This document shows positions 30,201 to 39,692 of a DNA stretch of 48,652 nucleotides, piece after piece. Below the pieces are notes generated by a model. The model ran no database searches. It was not told where the DNA came from and saw only the letters and a program-made list of their open reading frames with translations. The stretch covers positions 1 through 48,652 of the forward strand of contig JAHHSZ010000001.1 in the NCBI GenBank assembly GCA_020024915.1, in the 5' to 3' direction. Numbering within the stretch: position 1 is the first letter of the stretch; each line of letters starts with the position of its first letter. The translations under genes were made by a program, and so were the position numbers. Source of the DNA: Fusobacterium sp. (GTDB taxonomy: Bacteria; Fusobacteriota; Fusobacteriia; Fusobacteriales; Fusobacteriaceae).

Positions 30201-31636
30201 TTTTTCTTATCTAACTGGATTTTTTTCTCTTTAGTGAAATATTTTCCCTCTAAATCAATTATGTTAGAATCTAACACAATAGCAATTTGATCCTCTAAAA
30301 TATCAAAATTCAGATCTCCATTGATATTTGGAATGTAACTCTTATTATTTACATTCTCCACTTTAAATTTTAACATTCCTCTCTTATCTATAAGATCAAA
30401 TGTCCCAGTTATCTTCTCCTCTATCCCTACATTTTTCTCCTTGTCTAAGGTAGTTAGATCTGTAGAGATTATTGGCAGATGTATACCTGATTTATCATAA
30501 ATAAGCTTTACTTGGGTATCATTCAATCTCAACTGCTCCAATTCAGCCCTCTTTATAAAGGCATCAATATTTATCTTTAACTCATTTTTTAAGTTGAGAT
30601 TAAATTTCACATCATTGACAACTAGATTTCTGAATGGTAGCTCCAGTCCATCTAAATATGATAATTTTTCTAAGTCTTTCTGTTTAACATCCTTTAATTT
30701 AAAATCTATATTAAGCTCATTATCCTTATATGAAAGTGTAAATTTTTCTGGTTTTTCAAATACTTTACCAATAGCATTTAAAAATATACCCTCTTTGGTA
30801 AACTCAACTTTTCCAGTTACATCTTTCACTTCATCATCTAGATCAATATATTTTACATTTACCCCATCAAAGTTTATCCAACCTAACATACCACTAGATG
30901 CAATAGTGAGATCCATATTTAATTTCCCATCTTTATATGAAACTTCCTTTCCGTCATAACCATACTGTACCAATTCTGTTTTTACATCTATGTCTTTAAG
31001 TTTTATAGTCATAGAATAAGGTTCTTTGCTTGTAGAAAAAGAAAAATCATATAACTGCTCCTTATTATTTCCAGTAAAATGTAAATTGATCCCCTCGCTC
31101 TCACTAAAAGTTAAATATCCATTAGTGTTATATGCTATCTCTTCAATAGGCTCTCTATATCCTAAATCTCTAAATATAGTTGTTACATTTTTACCAATTA
31201 TCTTATCTATAGGAACCTTTATTCCTGGCTGATATCTCTCATCTTTATTTTTTTCTTTTTTTCTTTCTTTGACAAAAGCTGCAACTATATTTATATCACC
31301 ATTTTTTCTTCTAGTTATATTTGCAATTCCACCATCCATGATGATTTCATCTATTCTTTTTCTCTTTAAAATATCTTTTGAATAAAGAATCTCCACTTTT
31401 GGAGTATCTATAATTACCTCTTCCCCATCTGCTAATATAAAATCCTTTATTACTATCTTTTCTTTTTCAAATTCTATACTGCTACTTTTAAATGTAGGTC
31501 CTACAAATAACCTCACCACCACTTCTACTGTCTTTGGTAAATTGTACTTTATATTCCAAATGATCCCAAAAAACAATAAAAAGAGGAAAGTAACAAATAT
31601 AAGTTTTTTTCTATTTTTCTTATAAAAATCTGTCAT
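27212..31636 (-). CDS. tamB: TamB/AsmA-like translocation and assembly module protein
   Basis: 1474 aa, N-terminal TM anchor, beta-taco-like repeats, DUF490-like C-terminus (DPNLLIDAR...GNLDNLKFTISS); abuts bamA. Confidence 0.8.
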   Translation of the reverse strand: MTDFYKKNRKKLIFVTFLFLLFFGIIWNIKYNLPKTVEVVVRLFVGPTFKSSSIEFEKEKIVIKDFILADGEEVIIDTPKVEILYSKDILKRKRIDEIIMDGGIANITRRKNGDINIVAAFVKERKKEKNKDERYQPGIKVPIDKIIGKNVTTIFRDLGYREPIEEIAYNTNGYLTFSESEGINLHFTGNNKEQLYDFSFSTSKEPYSMTIKLKDIDVKTELVQYGYDGKEVSYKDGKLNMDLTIASSGMLGWINFDGVNVKYIDLDDEVKDVTGKVEFTKEGIFLNAIGKVFEKPEKFTLSYKDNELNIDFKLKDVKQKDLEKLSYLDGLELPFRNLVVNDVKFNLNLKNELKINIDAFIKRAELEQLRLNDTQVKLIYDKSGIHLPIISTDLTTLDKEKNVGIEEKITGTFDLIDKRGMLKFKVENVNNKSYIPNINGDLNFDILEDQIAIVLDSNIIDLEGKYFTKEKKIQLDKKNQYFLEYSLADKKFSDGKGRIGLNIFDLDIIFDYTIDKNRFLLNEASIINGKKKELELTGEIDLENSSYAFNMDGQNLDIKRKLGEEEFWIKGKIFGTLKSENGKFNGDLDIRSLYLKYLGEIQNINGKVLLNNKNNLFFEYQGEIDKLSYQNYSLNGIMISLRLKDEVFEIKNFTNQLLTVNGRYDLKTSKLKGKLETNGLSLERFNIDFPKIKLNKVTASIDGNIKNPIGKISISDVGISFKNEEEIKITGEINYKDKLVTTSDVKINQNILKARYSVKDGKYKAKLNILEENIGRYYNYENLKYRVIGTLIAEGENKKLKIGLKSTIDKVYMNGIIFPTAYIEADYSAENLNDGIVKLKNLTFSNQNLQDLFTVTGSYDLPNNFLEVKVDKQELPLAKLKDYIPIDGVEGKLYLEGKLLGELDDLNYNFSILSSEIDVKKVKFNTIRVFLSGDMKEVKLDELSFKYLQNKFSSDGEYKITKNRYRYYAKSSNIDFDFLNVFLEPYNISGISGNAEFDLKINDSRNDGFIKIKNLNLEKKDFFLKLQEFNSTIELENNKISIKDFSGKLNDGDLGVKGEIIFPTLKDISDNPYYYENIKYNGNLKLNGIKYRYGDYFNVDFSANIGIREKDIRGNIEIEKGLVSEIPNTSKSIFQKIKEFLFSSTSKTINQSEDLGSDFKIESIIENAPSIDVRIKINEGIKLDIGDINGLVEEIKGNVVGNGILSGKNGKYSFIGNTEILGGSFNLNDNTFYLDRAVVIFNDPKSYLPKVDPNLLIDARVLVQDDQIGLSLNGNLDNLKFTISSRNGSSSGNLNSLLTDTDSFGENSEATTTLITNVIGGQITQVLKPIANLIKHTLNISKFRISSNLLTQNTKNSSNNNDDKSQSSLKLGAVLEAEDNIYKDKIWWVAKGTLLEEDNTGNDKQEESNGAFKEYDFSLEYRFDAVKSIGIGVGKLPENRKKTSDKESKEDLNYHIDFKFEKKYDKLIDIFINK

Positions 31637-31654
31637 TTCCTCTCTTCCTTTCTC

Positions 31655-32356
31655 CTATAAAGGTCTCTTTAAAGGTATACCAGACCTCCTTGGATATTTT
31701 TTATCTGTTTTTTCTCTTTTTTCAATCTTTATAATTATTCTTGGATCTTTACAGAATGGAAGTTCAAAATTAAATACCTCCATAATTTCAGAGTTTAAAA
31801 TTTTTAAAGCATTTTGTGCTTCACTTTCCTCTCCTGTTCCCTCCATTTTTTGAGAAAGGAAGATTCCATCTTTCTTTAAGAAAGGGATTATGTATTCTAG
31901 TATTGTACTTAATTTTGACACTCCTCTACAAAGTCCTAAATCATAACTTTCTCTTTTTTCATCACTTATATAATCTTCAGCTCTTGATGTAACTACCTCA
32001 ACATTTTCAAGATTTAACTTATCTTTTACTAGTTGTAAAAACTTTGTCTTCTTCCCAATAGAATCCATCAGTGTAAATTTTATATTTTCATTGAAAATAG
32101 CTAGTACCATTCCTGGAAATCCAGCTCCTGTTCCCACATCAATAGCAGTTTTCATATTACTATTTAATAACTGTTGCAATAGTAATGAATCTATAAAATG
32201 CTTCTCTATAATAGATTTTTCATCTCTTACAGCTGTTAGATTAGTGTGTGAATTATACTCTTGTAAAAGAGTTAAATACTTTAGAAGGTTATCAATCTTC
32301 TTTTCACTGTACTCTACTCCAATCTCTTTCAATCCATTTACTAAGAACTCTCTCAT
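31655..32356 (-). CDS. rsmG: 16S rRNA m7G527 methyltransferase
   Basis: NLTA, KHFIDSL, DVGTGAGFPG, RAED, YPRRSGIP. Confidence 0.95.
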   Translation of the reverse strand: MREFLVNGLKEIGVEYSEKKIDNLLKYLTLLQEYNSHTNLTAVRDEKSIIEKHFIDSLLLQQLLNSNMKTAIDVGTGAGFPGMVLAIFNENIKFTLMDSIGKKTKFLQLVKDKLNLENVEVVTSRAEDYISDEKRESYDLGLCRGVSKLSTILEYIIPFLKKDGIFLSQKMEGTGEESEAQNALKILNSEIMEVFNFELPFCKDPRIIIKIEKREKTDKKYPRRSGIPLKRPL

Positions 32357-32357
32357 C

Positions 32358-34241
32358 TTAATTACCCCTCGCTTTTAAATATATCAACAATACTTGTATA
32401 TCTGCAGGTGATACCCCTGAAATTCTTGAAGCTTGTCCTATATTTAATGGTTTCCCCTTTTTCAATTTATCCTTTGCCTCTTTTGGAATATTTGTTAAAC
32501 TATCATAATCTAAATCTGCTGGTATTTTTTTGTTTTCTAAGCTTTTATGTTTCTCTATCATCTTCATAGATCTCTCTATATATCCAGAGTATTTTACTTG
32601 AACTTCAATTTGATACTCTGTGTCTCTACAATAGTTCCCCAATTCTAAATCACCCAATTCTGCGATATATTTTACATCTTCAAATGTTACAGTTGGTCTT
32701 CTTAAAAGCTCAAAATAAGTGATTCCATCTTTTAACAGAGTCTCTCCTCTCTTTTCAAGAACCTCATTTATTCTAGGATTACTTGGTCCAACATAGTTTC
32801 TTGCTAACTTCTCCTTTATCTCTTCTACATCTTTTTCTTTTTTTTCAACTCTTCTATATTCTTCTTCAGGTAATAATCCAATATCATATCCTATTTTTGA
32901 AAGTCTTAAATCAGCATTATCCTCTCTCAATAATAATCTATACTCACTTCTTGCTGTAAACATTCTATATGGCTCATTTGTTCCCTTAGTTACTAAGTCA
33001 TCAATTAAGGTTCCAATATATGAATCTGCTCTATCCAATACTACTGCCTCTTTATTTTGAATTTTTCTAACAGCATTAATTCCAGCCATGAGCCCTTGAG
33101 CTCCTGCTTCTTCATATCCTGAAGTTCCATTTATCTGTCCAGCTAGGAATAGGTTCTCAACTTTTCTACTCTCCAATGAGTATTTTATCTCTTGTGGTGG
33201 GATATAGTCATATTCTATCGCATAAGCATATCTCATTACATGTGCATTTTCTAGACCAGCAACATTTTTTATCATCCCCTCTTGTACATCTGTTGGCAAT
33301 GAAGATGACAGTCCTCCTAAATAGACCTCAGTTGTCTCATTTCCCTCTCTCTCTAAAAAAAGATGGTGTTGATTTTTATCCTGATATCTAAAAACCTTAT
33401 CCTCTATTGATGGACAGTATCTAGGTCCTGTTCCCTGAATTGTTCCATTAAATAGTGGTGATCTATCTTTATTACTTTTAATTATTTCATGAACCTTTTC
33501 ATTTGTATGAGCTATGTAACATGAGATCTGCTCTCTTCCTAATACCTCTTCATCTTTTGTTCTATTAGAGAATTTTAATAGTTCTGTATCCCCTGGTTGC
33601 TCCTCTACTTTTGAAAAATCTATACTTCTAGCATCTATTCTTGAGGGTGTTCCTGTCTTAAATCTTCCTAGTTTTATTCCAGCTTTTTCCAAAGATAATG
33701 GTAAGTCATCAGAAGACAACTCTCCCATTCTTCCTCCACTAAAATGATTCTCTCCTACGTGAATAAGACCTCTCATAAAAGTTCCAGTGGCTAATATTAC
33801 CATCTTAGCTCTATACTCAACACCTTCTCTAATCTTAATTCCTACTGCTTTTCCATCTTCAATTACTATATCTGTTACCATTCCTTGAATAGCATTTAGG
33901 TTAGGGCAATTTTCTATTGTTTTTTTCATCTCTTTTGCATATTTAACCTTGTCAGCTTGTGCTCTTAATGCTCTTACTGCTGGTCCTTTTTTAGTATTCA
34001 AAACTCTGATCTGTACAAAAGTTTTATCTATATTTCTTCCCATCTCTCCACCTAAAGCATCTATCTCTTTGACTAAGTGAGATTTTGCTGGTCCACCTAT
34101 TGATGGGTTACATGACATCACTCCTATATTATCCAAAGTTATTGTAAAGATTGCAGTATTTGCACCCATTCTTGCTGCACTTAGAGCAGCTTCACAACCT
34201 GCATGTCCTGCTCCTACTACAATGACATCAAAATTATGCAT
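32358..34241 (-). CDS. mnmG: tRNA uridine-5-carboxymethylaminomethyl synthesis enzyme
   Basis: [63 protein letters not shown]. Confidence 0.97.
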   Translation of the reverse strand: MHNFDVIVVGAGHAGCEAALSAARMGANTAIFTITLDNIGVMSCNPSIGGPAKSHLVKEIDALGGEMGRNIDKTFVQIRVLNTKKGPAVRALRAQADKVKYAKEMKKTIENCPNLNAIQGMVTDIVIEDGKAVGIKIREGVEYRAKMVILATGTFMRGLIHVGENHFSGGRMGELSSDDLPLSLEKAGIKLGRFKTGTPSRIDARSIDFSKVEEQPGDTELLKFSNRTKDEEVLGREQISCYIAHTNEKVHEIIKSNKDRSPLFNGTIQGTGPRYCPSIEDKVFRYQDKNQHHLFLEREGNETTEVYLGGLSSSLPTDVQEGMIKNVAGLENAHVMRYAYAIEYDYIPPQEIKYSLESRKVENLFLAGQINGTSGYEEAGAQGLMAGINAVRKIQNKEAVVLDRADSYIGTLIDDLVTKGTNEPYRMFTARSEYRLLLREDNADLRLSKIGYDIGLLPEEEYRRVEKKEKDVEEIKEKLARNYVGPSNPRINEVLEKRGETLLKDGITYFELLRRPTVTFEDVKYIAELGDLELGNYCRDTEYQIEVQVKYSGYIERSMKMIEKHKSLENKKIPADLDYDSLTNIPKEAKDKLKKGKPLNIGQASRISGVSPADIQVLLIYLKARGN

Positions 34242-34268
34242 TTTATCCTCCTAAAATCTATTCTAAAT

Positions 34269-34925
34269 TTATTTCAAATTCTCAAAAAAGTCCGCTGTTT
34301 TATCATCAGTTATCATGAGTAACACGTCTCCTTTTTCAATCATAGTTGTTGCCAAAGGGTTAGGATTAAAACTCTGATCCTCTTTCTTTATTCCAACTAC
34401 ATTGGAATTATATTTTTTTCTAATATCCAACTCAATTATACTCTTACCCCAAAAAACAGATGGTGCTTTTACTTCTAATAATAAAAAGTCTGCTGAAAAT
34501 CTCAAATGCTCAACTAGATTTGGCTCCATTGCAAGTTGTGCAACTCTTCTTCCCATATACTCCTCTGGATAGATTACTTTAGTAGCTCCTATCTTAGCTA
34601 GTACTTTTCCATGACTTTTAGTAACAGCCTTAGCTATTATCTTCTTCACTCCTAACTCTTTTAAATTTAGAGTTATCATTATACTTGGCTCAATCTCCCC
34701 TACACAAACAAATGCTATATCATAATTTCCAGCACCTATCTCTTTTAAGCTTTTTACATCAGTTGCATCAAGCATTATAGCATTGTCTACTGTGTTTTCA
34801 CTTATACAATCCTGTACTATCTCCTCATCTGTATCAATGGCAAGTACCTCTTCATTTGATTCATATAATGTCTGAGCTACACTTGTTCCAAACCTTCCTA
34901 ATCCTATTACTAAATATTGTTTCAT
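34269..34925 (-). CDS. ktrA: K+ uptake regulatory subunit (KtrA/TrkA)
   Basis: VIGLGRFG Rossmann motif, KIGATKVIYPE, RCK C-terminal domain. Confidence 0.9.
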   Translation of the reverse strand: MKQYLVIGLGRFGTSVAQTLYESNEEVLAIDTDEEIVQDCISENTVDNAIMLDATDVKSLKEIGAGNYDIAFVCVGEIEPSIMITLNLKELGVKKIIAKAVTKSHGKVLAKIGATKVIYPEEYMGRRVAQLAMEPNLVEHLRFSADFLLLEVKAPSVFWGKSIIELDIRKKYNSNVVGIKKEDQSFNPNPLATTMIEKGDVLLMITDDKTADFFENLK

Positions 34926-34943
34926 TGTTTTCGCTCCTTAATT

Positions 34944-36293
34944 TTATCCTACTAATATATTCTCTTTCGGGTATTTTGATATAGCTTTATTTTTACTCTC
35001 CCCTATTGCCAACGCAAAAGTAAGTGGTCCCAATCTTCCTACAAACATTGTAATAATTATTAGAATTTTTGAGAAAACACTCAAATATGGTGTAATTCCT
35101 AAAGTTAGTCCCACTGTTCCAAAAGCTGAAATTACTTCAAATACAACTTGTTCCATTGGAAAATTCTCTACAACTAAGATACAAGTGATGATAAATGCCA
35201 CATATGTAATTCCTATTACAAGTATTGCTAGAGCTCTATTCAAAATCTCCCAATCTATTCTTCTATTAAATACCTCTATATTCTCTTTTTTCTTTACTAT
35301 ACCAATAACATAGAACATAATTATTCCAAAAGTTGTAGTCTTTATACCTCCACCTGTAGATCCCGGTGAAGCTCCTATGAACATTAAAATACAACTTATA
35401 AAAATAGTTGCATCTCTTAAATTTCCAAGTGGAATTGTATTAAATCCTGCTGTTCTCAAAGTTACACTTTGGAAATATGAAGCTAATATTTTTTGTATAA
35501 AATTCAGATCTCCTAAAGTATCTGGATTGGAATATTCCAATAATAAAAATAGTATCATTCCCCCAAAAGTTAGCATTATTGATATTAATATAGCCATTTT
35601 TGAAGTCAAATTAAACCTATCTATTCCATTTCTAATTACTGCAATAAATGAGGTAATTACTGCAAATCCAATTCCTCCTAATGTAATCAAATATCCTATC
35701 GTTAAGTTTATACTAACATTGGATTTGAATCCCTCTAAGTTATTGGAAAACAGAGCAAATCCAGCATTACAAAAAGCTGAAATTGAGTGAAAAACTCCAA
35801 AATACAACGCTTTCCAAAAACTCATCTGATCCATAAATTCTATTGTCAATATTATAGCTCCAATACTCTCTATTGTAAAAACTATAAATAATAATTTCTT
35901 TATAAATTCTGCTATCTCTCCACTGTTATCAGCATTCCTCTCCTCTTTTAACAACTCTCTTTCATGAAAAGTCATCTTCTTTCCAGTAGCTAAAAATAGT
36001 ATAGAGGAAAAAGTCATAACTCCCAATCCACCCAGTTGTATGAAGAATATGATAATAGTAGTTCCTACTGGAGAGAATACTGTGGCTGTATCAACTACTG
36101 TAAGGCCTGTTACACATATAGCTGAAACAATTGTAAATAGTGACGATATAAAACTCAGGCTCTTACCTTCATTCAATGAAAAAGGCATCATCAATAGAAT
36201 AGTTCCTATCAATATTGCCAATAAAAAACTAAGTATCAACTTTCTTGAAGGAGAAAGTCTTTTTAAATACTCTTTTGTTTCCTGTATATTCAT
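34944..36293 (-). CDS. ktrB: K+ uptake membrane subunit (KtrB/TrkH)
   Basis: Four pore motifs: CVTGL, CNAGF, RTAGF, GTVGL; GASPGSTGGGIK. Confidence 0.92.
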   Translation of the reverse strand: MNIQETKEYLKRLSPSRKLILSFLLAILIGTILLMMPFSLNEGKSLSFISSLFTIVSAICVTGLTVVDTATVFSPVGTTIIIFFIQLGGLGVMTFSSILFLATGKKMTFHERELLKEERNADNSGEIAEFIKKLLFIVFTIESIGAIILTIEFMDQMSFWKALYFGVFHSISAFCNAGFALFSNNLEGFKSNVSINLTIGYLITLGGIGFAVITSFIAVIRNGIDRFNLTSKMAILISIMLTFGGMILFLLLEYSNPDTLGDLNFIQKILASYFQSVTLRTAGFNTIPLGNLRDATIFISCILMFIGASPGSTGGGIKTTTFGIIMFYVIGIVKKKENIEVFNRRIDWEILNRALAILVIGITYVAFIITCILVVENFPMEQVVFEVISAFGTVGLTLGITPYLSVFSKILIIITMFVGRLGPLTFALAIGESKNKAISKYPKENILVG

Positions 36294-36385
36294 CTCATTC
36301 CTTTCTGATTTAACTCAATATTAATTTTTTCTATCTTCATATTATACAGGATTCTTTAGTATTTTACAACTATGAATTCTCTTGT

Positions 36386-36432
36386 TAAAAAATAATAAGA
36401 GTCGTTATAGCTCTCACTATAACAACTCTTAT
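36386..36432 (-). terminator. Intrinsic terminator after pepT
   Basis: ATAAGAGTCGTTATAG-CTCTCA-CTATAACAACTCTTAT plus an A-tract on the + strand. Confidence 0.8.
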
Positions 36433-36436
36433 CCCA

Positions 36437-37654
36437 TTATAATTTTGCTGTATTTTCTATAATTTTTACTATTAGATCTCTAGCTTTTTCCATTGATTGT
36501 ATTGGAATATACTCAAATTTTCCATGGAAGTTATGACCACCTGTAAATAGATTTGGACATGGTAACCCTTCAAATGATAATCTTGCTCCATCTGTTCCAC
36601 CTCTTATTGGTCTTATCTTAGGAGCTATCTCCAACTCTTCCATTGATTTTTTTGCAAGTTCAATAATATGCATCACAGGTTCTATCTTCTCTCTCATATT
36701 GTAATAACTATCTTTTACCTCTATCTCAATTACTGCATCCTTATATTTAGCTTGAAGATATGCTGCAGCATTTTTTATAAGCTCCTTCTTCTCATTGAAT
36801 TTAGCCATTGAGTGATCTCTTATAATATATGTCATTGTTGTATCCTCAACTGTTCCTGTAAATTCATCTAGCAAGAAGAATCCCTCATAGTTTTCTGTAT
36901 GCTCTGGTCTTTGGTCACTTGGTAACATTGAGTTTAACTCCATAGCTATTATTATAGAGTTAATCATACTGTTTTTAGCACTTCCTGGGTGGATATCTCT
37001 ACCTTTAATCTTAATCACAGCAGAGGCAGCATTAAAGTTTTCATACTCTAACTCCCCTATCTCCCCTCCATCTACTGTATATGCAAACTCACAACCAAAT
37101 TTTTTAACATCAAATAGATCTGCTCCTCTTCCTATCTCCTCATCTGGTGTAAATCCTATCTTAATATCTCCATGTTTGATCTCTGGATGAGCTTTTAAAT
37201 ATTTTATAGCTTCTATTATCTCAACTATTCCAGCTTTATCATCTGCTCCTAACAAGCTTTTTCCATCAGTTACAATAAGATCTTGTCCTATATAATCGTT
37301 TAAATGTTGAAAATCTTTTGGTGATAGCACTATATTTTCAGCTTCATTTAATACTATATCCCTCCCATCATATCCTTCTACTATTCTTGGATTTACACCT
37401 CTCCCATTATAACTAGGTGCTGTATCCATATGTGCTATAAATCCTATTGTTGGAATCTCAATATCACAATTAGCTGGTAACTTTGCCATAATATAGCAAT
37501 TCTCATCTAATGATATCTCCTCTAATCCTAATTCTCTTAAATCTTCAACTATTATCTTAGCTAAGTCCCATTGGATCTCACTACTTGGACATTGCTCATT
37601 TTCTGAATTTGAATCTGTTGCTATTTTTACATACTTTAAAAATCTTGTTATCAT
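36437..37654 (-). CDS. pepT: Peptidase T (tripeptide aminopeptidase)
   Basis: FIAHMDT, LLGADDKAG, FTPDEEIGRG, ENFNAA, IRGGTDGA, GGHNFHG. Confidence 0.96.
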   Translation of the reverse strand: MITRFLKYVKIATDSNSENEQCPSSEIQWDLAKIIVEDLRELGLEEISLDENCYIMAKLPANCDIEIPTIGFIAHMDTAPSYNGRGVNPRIVEGYDGRDIVLNEAENIVLSPKDFQHLNDYIGQDLIVTDGKSLLGADDKAGIVEIIEAIKYLKAHPEIKHGDIKIGFTPDEEIGRGADLFDVKKFGCEFAYTVDGGEIGELEYENFNAASAVIKIKGRDIHPGSAKNSMINSIIIAMELNSMLPSDQRPEHTENYEGFFLLDEFTGTVEDTTMTYIIRDHSMAKFNEKKELIKNAAAYLQAKYKDAVIEIEVKDSYYNMREKIEPVMHIIELAKKSMEELEIAPKIRPIRGGTDGARLSFEGLPCPNLFTGGHNFHGKFEYIPIQSMEKARDLIVKIIENTAKL

Positions 37655-37693
37655 CAGTATACCCCCTATTTAGTTTAGTATATTTTAAAACTT

Positions 37694-39091
37694 TTAAGAG
37701 TTTTTTTCAACTATATTTTCTCTATCTACCCTTACCTTTTTCTCTAATTCCTTAAGATGTTTTAATTCCAATCTTATAAATATAAAAGTTAATACTGCAG
37801 CAATAAAGTCAGACACAGGGGCTGCATACCATATTCCAGCCACACCAAACAATTTAGACATTATAAATATACTAGGAACTAACACAATTATTTGTCTAGT
37901 TAAACTCATGAAAAAACTCATCTTAGGTTTTCCTATAGCTTGGAAATAGATTGATGATATTATCTGGAATCCCCCCAATGGTAACATGAAAGTCTGAATT
38001 TTCAATCCTCTAGATGCTATTCTAACCAATTCTTTTTCTTGAGTAAAGATATTTATAAAGTATTTTGATAAAAATTGAATAGCTAAAAAATCTATAACAC
38101 ATAAAACCGTAGCTGCAAAGATAGCTTTGAATAAAGCCTCCTTTACTCTAGGATAATATCTTGCCCCATAGTTATATCCCAATATAGGTTGTAACCCTTG
38201 ATTTATTCCAAAAATAGGCATCAAAATAAATGTTATTACAGCTTGAACTATAGCCATTGCTCCAATAGCACTATCTCCACCATAATACTTCAACGTGCTA
38301 TTATATATATAGTTTACTACGCTAGCCCCCATTTGTATAGCAAAAGGAGCACTTCCTAAAGATATAATACTCTTTATTTTAACTACATCTAATCTAAAAT
38401 TTTTCATATGTAATTTCATTCCACTAAATTTTGAAGTAAAATAATATAATGCCCATATACATGATACATATTGAGATATTATTGTTGCCCAAGCAGCTCC
38501 TTTTACTCCCATATTCAAATAAAATATAAATATTGGATCTAATACTATATTAGTAATTGCTCCAATAAGTAATGTTGCCATTGCCATTTTAGGATTCCCA
38601 TCTGAACGTATGGATGCATTTGCAACATACCCAACCACTGCTGCAGGAAATCCAAAAGCTAAAATTTTCAGATACTCTTTGGCATAGATAGTTGTATTTT
38701 CACTTCCACCTAACTTTTCTATCAACCAATCCAATCTCCATAAAATAAGTACCATCAATATTACAGAGATTATAAACCCAAAAAATACTGCAGTTCCCAA
38801 ATATCTTTCAGCTTCCTCTTTTCTCTTTTTTCCCAAGTTCAATGATGAGTTTGTAGCTGATCCTAACCCAATCAATATAGAAAAACCAAATACAAAAATC
38901 ACTATCGGAAAACTTATCCCAACACCTGCTATAGCTAGGTGTCCTACTTTTGCTATATTTCCTATGTATATTCTATCTACAATGTTGTATAGAGCATTTA
39001 CTAACATACCTATTATAGCTGGTAAAGAAAACTGTATCAGCAACTTTGTAATCTTTTCCGTTCCCATTAATTGATGTTTTTTCTCAATCAT
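37694..39091 (-). CDS. MATE family efflux transporter (MepA-like)
   Basis: LYNIVDRIYIG, NIVLDPIFIF, GAAWATIISQ, QPILGYNYGA. Confidence 0.92.
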   Translation of the reverse strand: MIEKKHQLMGTEKITKLLIQFSLPAIIGMLVNALYNIVDRIYIGNIAKVGHLAIAGVGISFPIVIFVFGFSILIGLGSATNSSLNLGKKRKEEAERYLGTAVFFGFIISVILMVLILWRLDWLIEKLGGSENTTIYAKEYLKILAFGFPAAVVGYVANASIRSDGNPKMAMATLLIGAITNIVLDPIFIFYLNMGVKGAAWATIISQYVSCIWALYYFTSKFSGMKLHMKNFRLDVVKIKSIISLGSAPFAIQMGASVVNYIYNSTLKYYGGDSAIGAMAIVQAVITFILMPIFGINQGLQPILGYNYGARYYPRVKEALFKAIFAATVLCVIDFLAIQFLSKYFINIFTQEKELVRIASRGLKIQTFMLPLGGFQIISSIYFQAIGKPKMSFFMSLTRQIIVLVPSIFIMSKLFGVAGIWYAAPVSDFIAAVLTFIFIRLELKHLKELEKKVRVDRENIVEKNS

Positions 39092-39113
39092 AAAATCCTC
39101 TCCTTAAAATACT

Positions 39114-39548
39114 TTAAAAATTTTCAACTAATTTTTCCATCAAACAAAAAAGTTGAATTATCTCCTCTTTTGTTAATATCTTCTTCACCCTCTTATGAAA
39201 AACATTTGTAACTTGAGATACTGTTTCTATAATTTCGTCAGCTTTTTCTTCTAAAGTGAGATATATAACTCTTTTATCCTTTGCAGAAGCAGTTTTTTTC
39301 ACATAACCCATTTTCTCTAATTTATTGACGAGAGAGGTCACTGTTGATTTATCTTTACTTATTAGATTGCTTATCTCTTTCATTGATAACTTTTTATAAA
39401 CACTTAATATTATAATGATTCTGATATGGGAATATACTAAATTATCTATCCCCTTCTCTCTTAATAGCTCTTCAATATAGATAGCACCTCTATGTTGTAC
39501 CCTATTTATATAACTAAAAAGTGTGTTTTTTATCTCCAACTTTTCCAT
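39114..39548 (-). CDS. MarR family transcriptional regulator
   Basis: KDKSTVTSLVNKLEKMGYV...DKRVIYLTL winged helix; probable ATG 39548 after GGGGAG. Confidence 0.9.
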   Translation of the reverse strand: MEKLEIKNTLFSYINRVQHRGAIYIEELLREKGIDNLVYSHIRIIIILSVYKKLSMKEISNLISKDKSTVTSLVNKLEKMGYVKKTASAKDKRVIYLTLEEKADEIIETVSQVTNVFHKRVKKILTKEEIIQLFCLMEKLVENF

Positions 39549-39566
39549 TTTTCTCCCCCTTCCATG

Positions 39567-39606
39567 ATAGTTTATCATAAAAATAGTTTTATATCAAACT
39601 ATTTTT
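39567..39606. promoter_or_regulatory. Palindromic operator(s) upstream of marR
   Basis: AAAAATAGTTT-TATATC-AAACTATTTTT (39579-39606) plus an overlapping imperfect copy ATAGTTT-ATCAT-AAAAATAG (39567-39586). Confidence 0.7.
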
Positions 39607-39650
39607 ACTAAAAAGTCTCTTAACTACTCTCAATTATATCAATCAAAAAT

Positions 39651-39680
39651 AAAAAGAAGATAGTTCTTAAAAACTATCTC
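39651..39680 (-). terminator. Probable terminator after the ClC gene
   Basis: AGATAGTT-CTTAAA-AACTATCT with an adjacent A-tract. Confidence 0.55.
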
Positions 39681-39692
39681 CATATTAACCTT

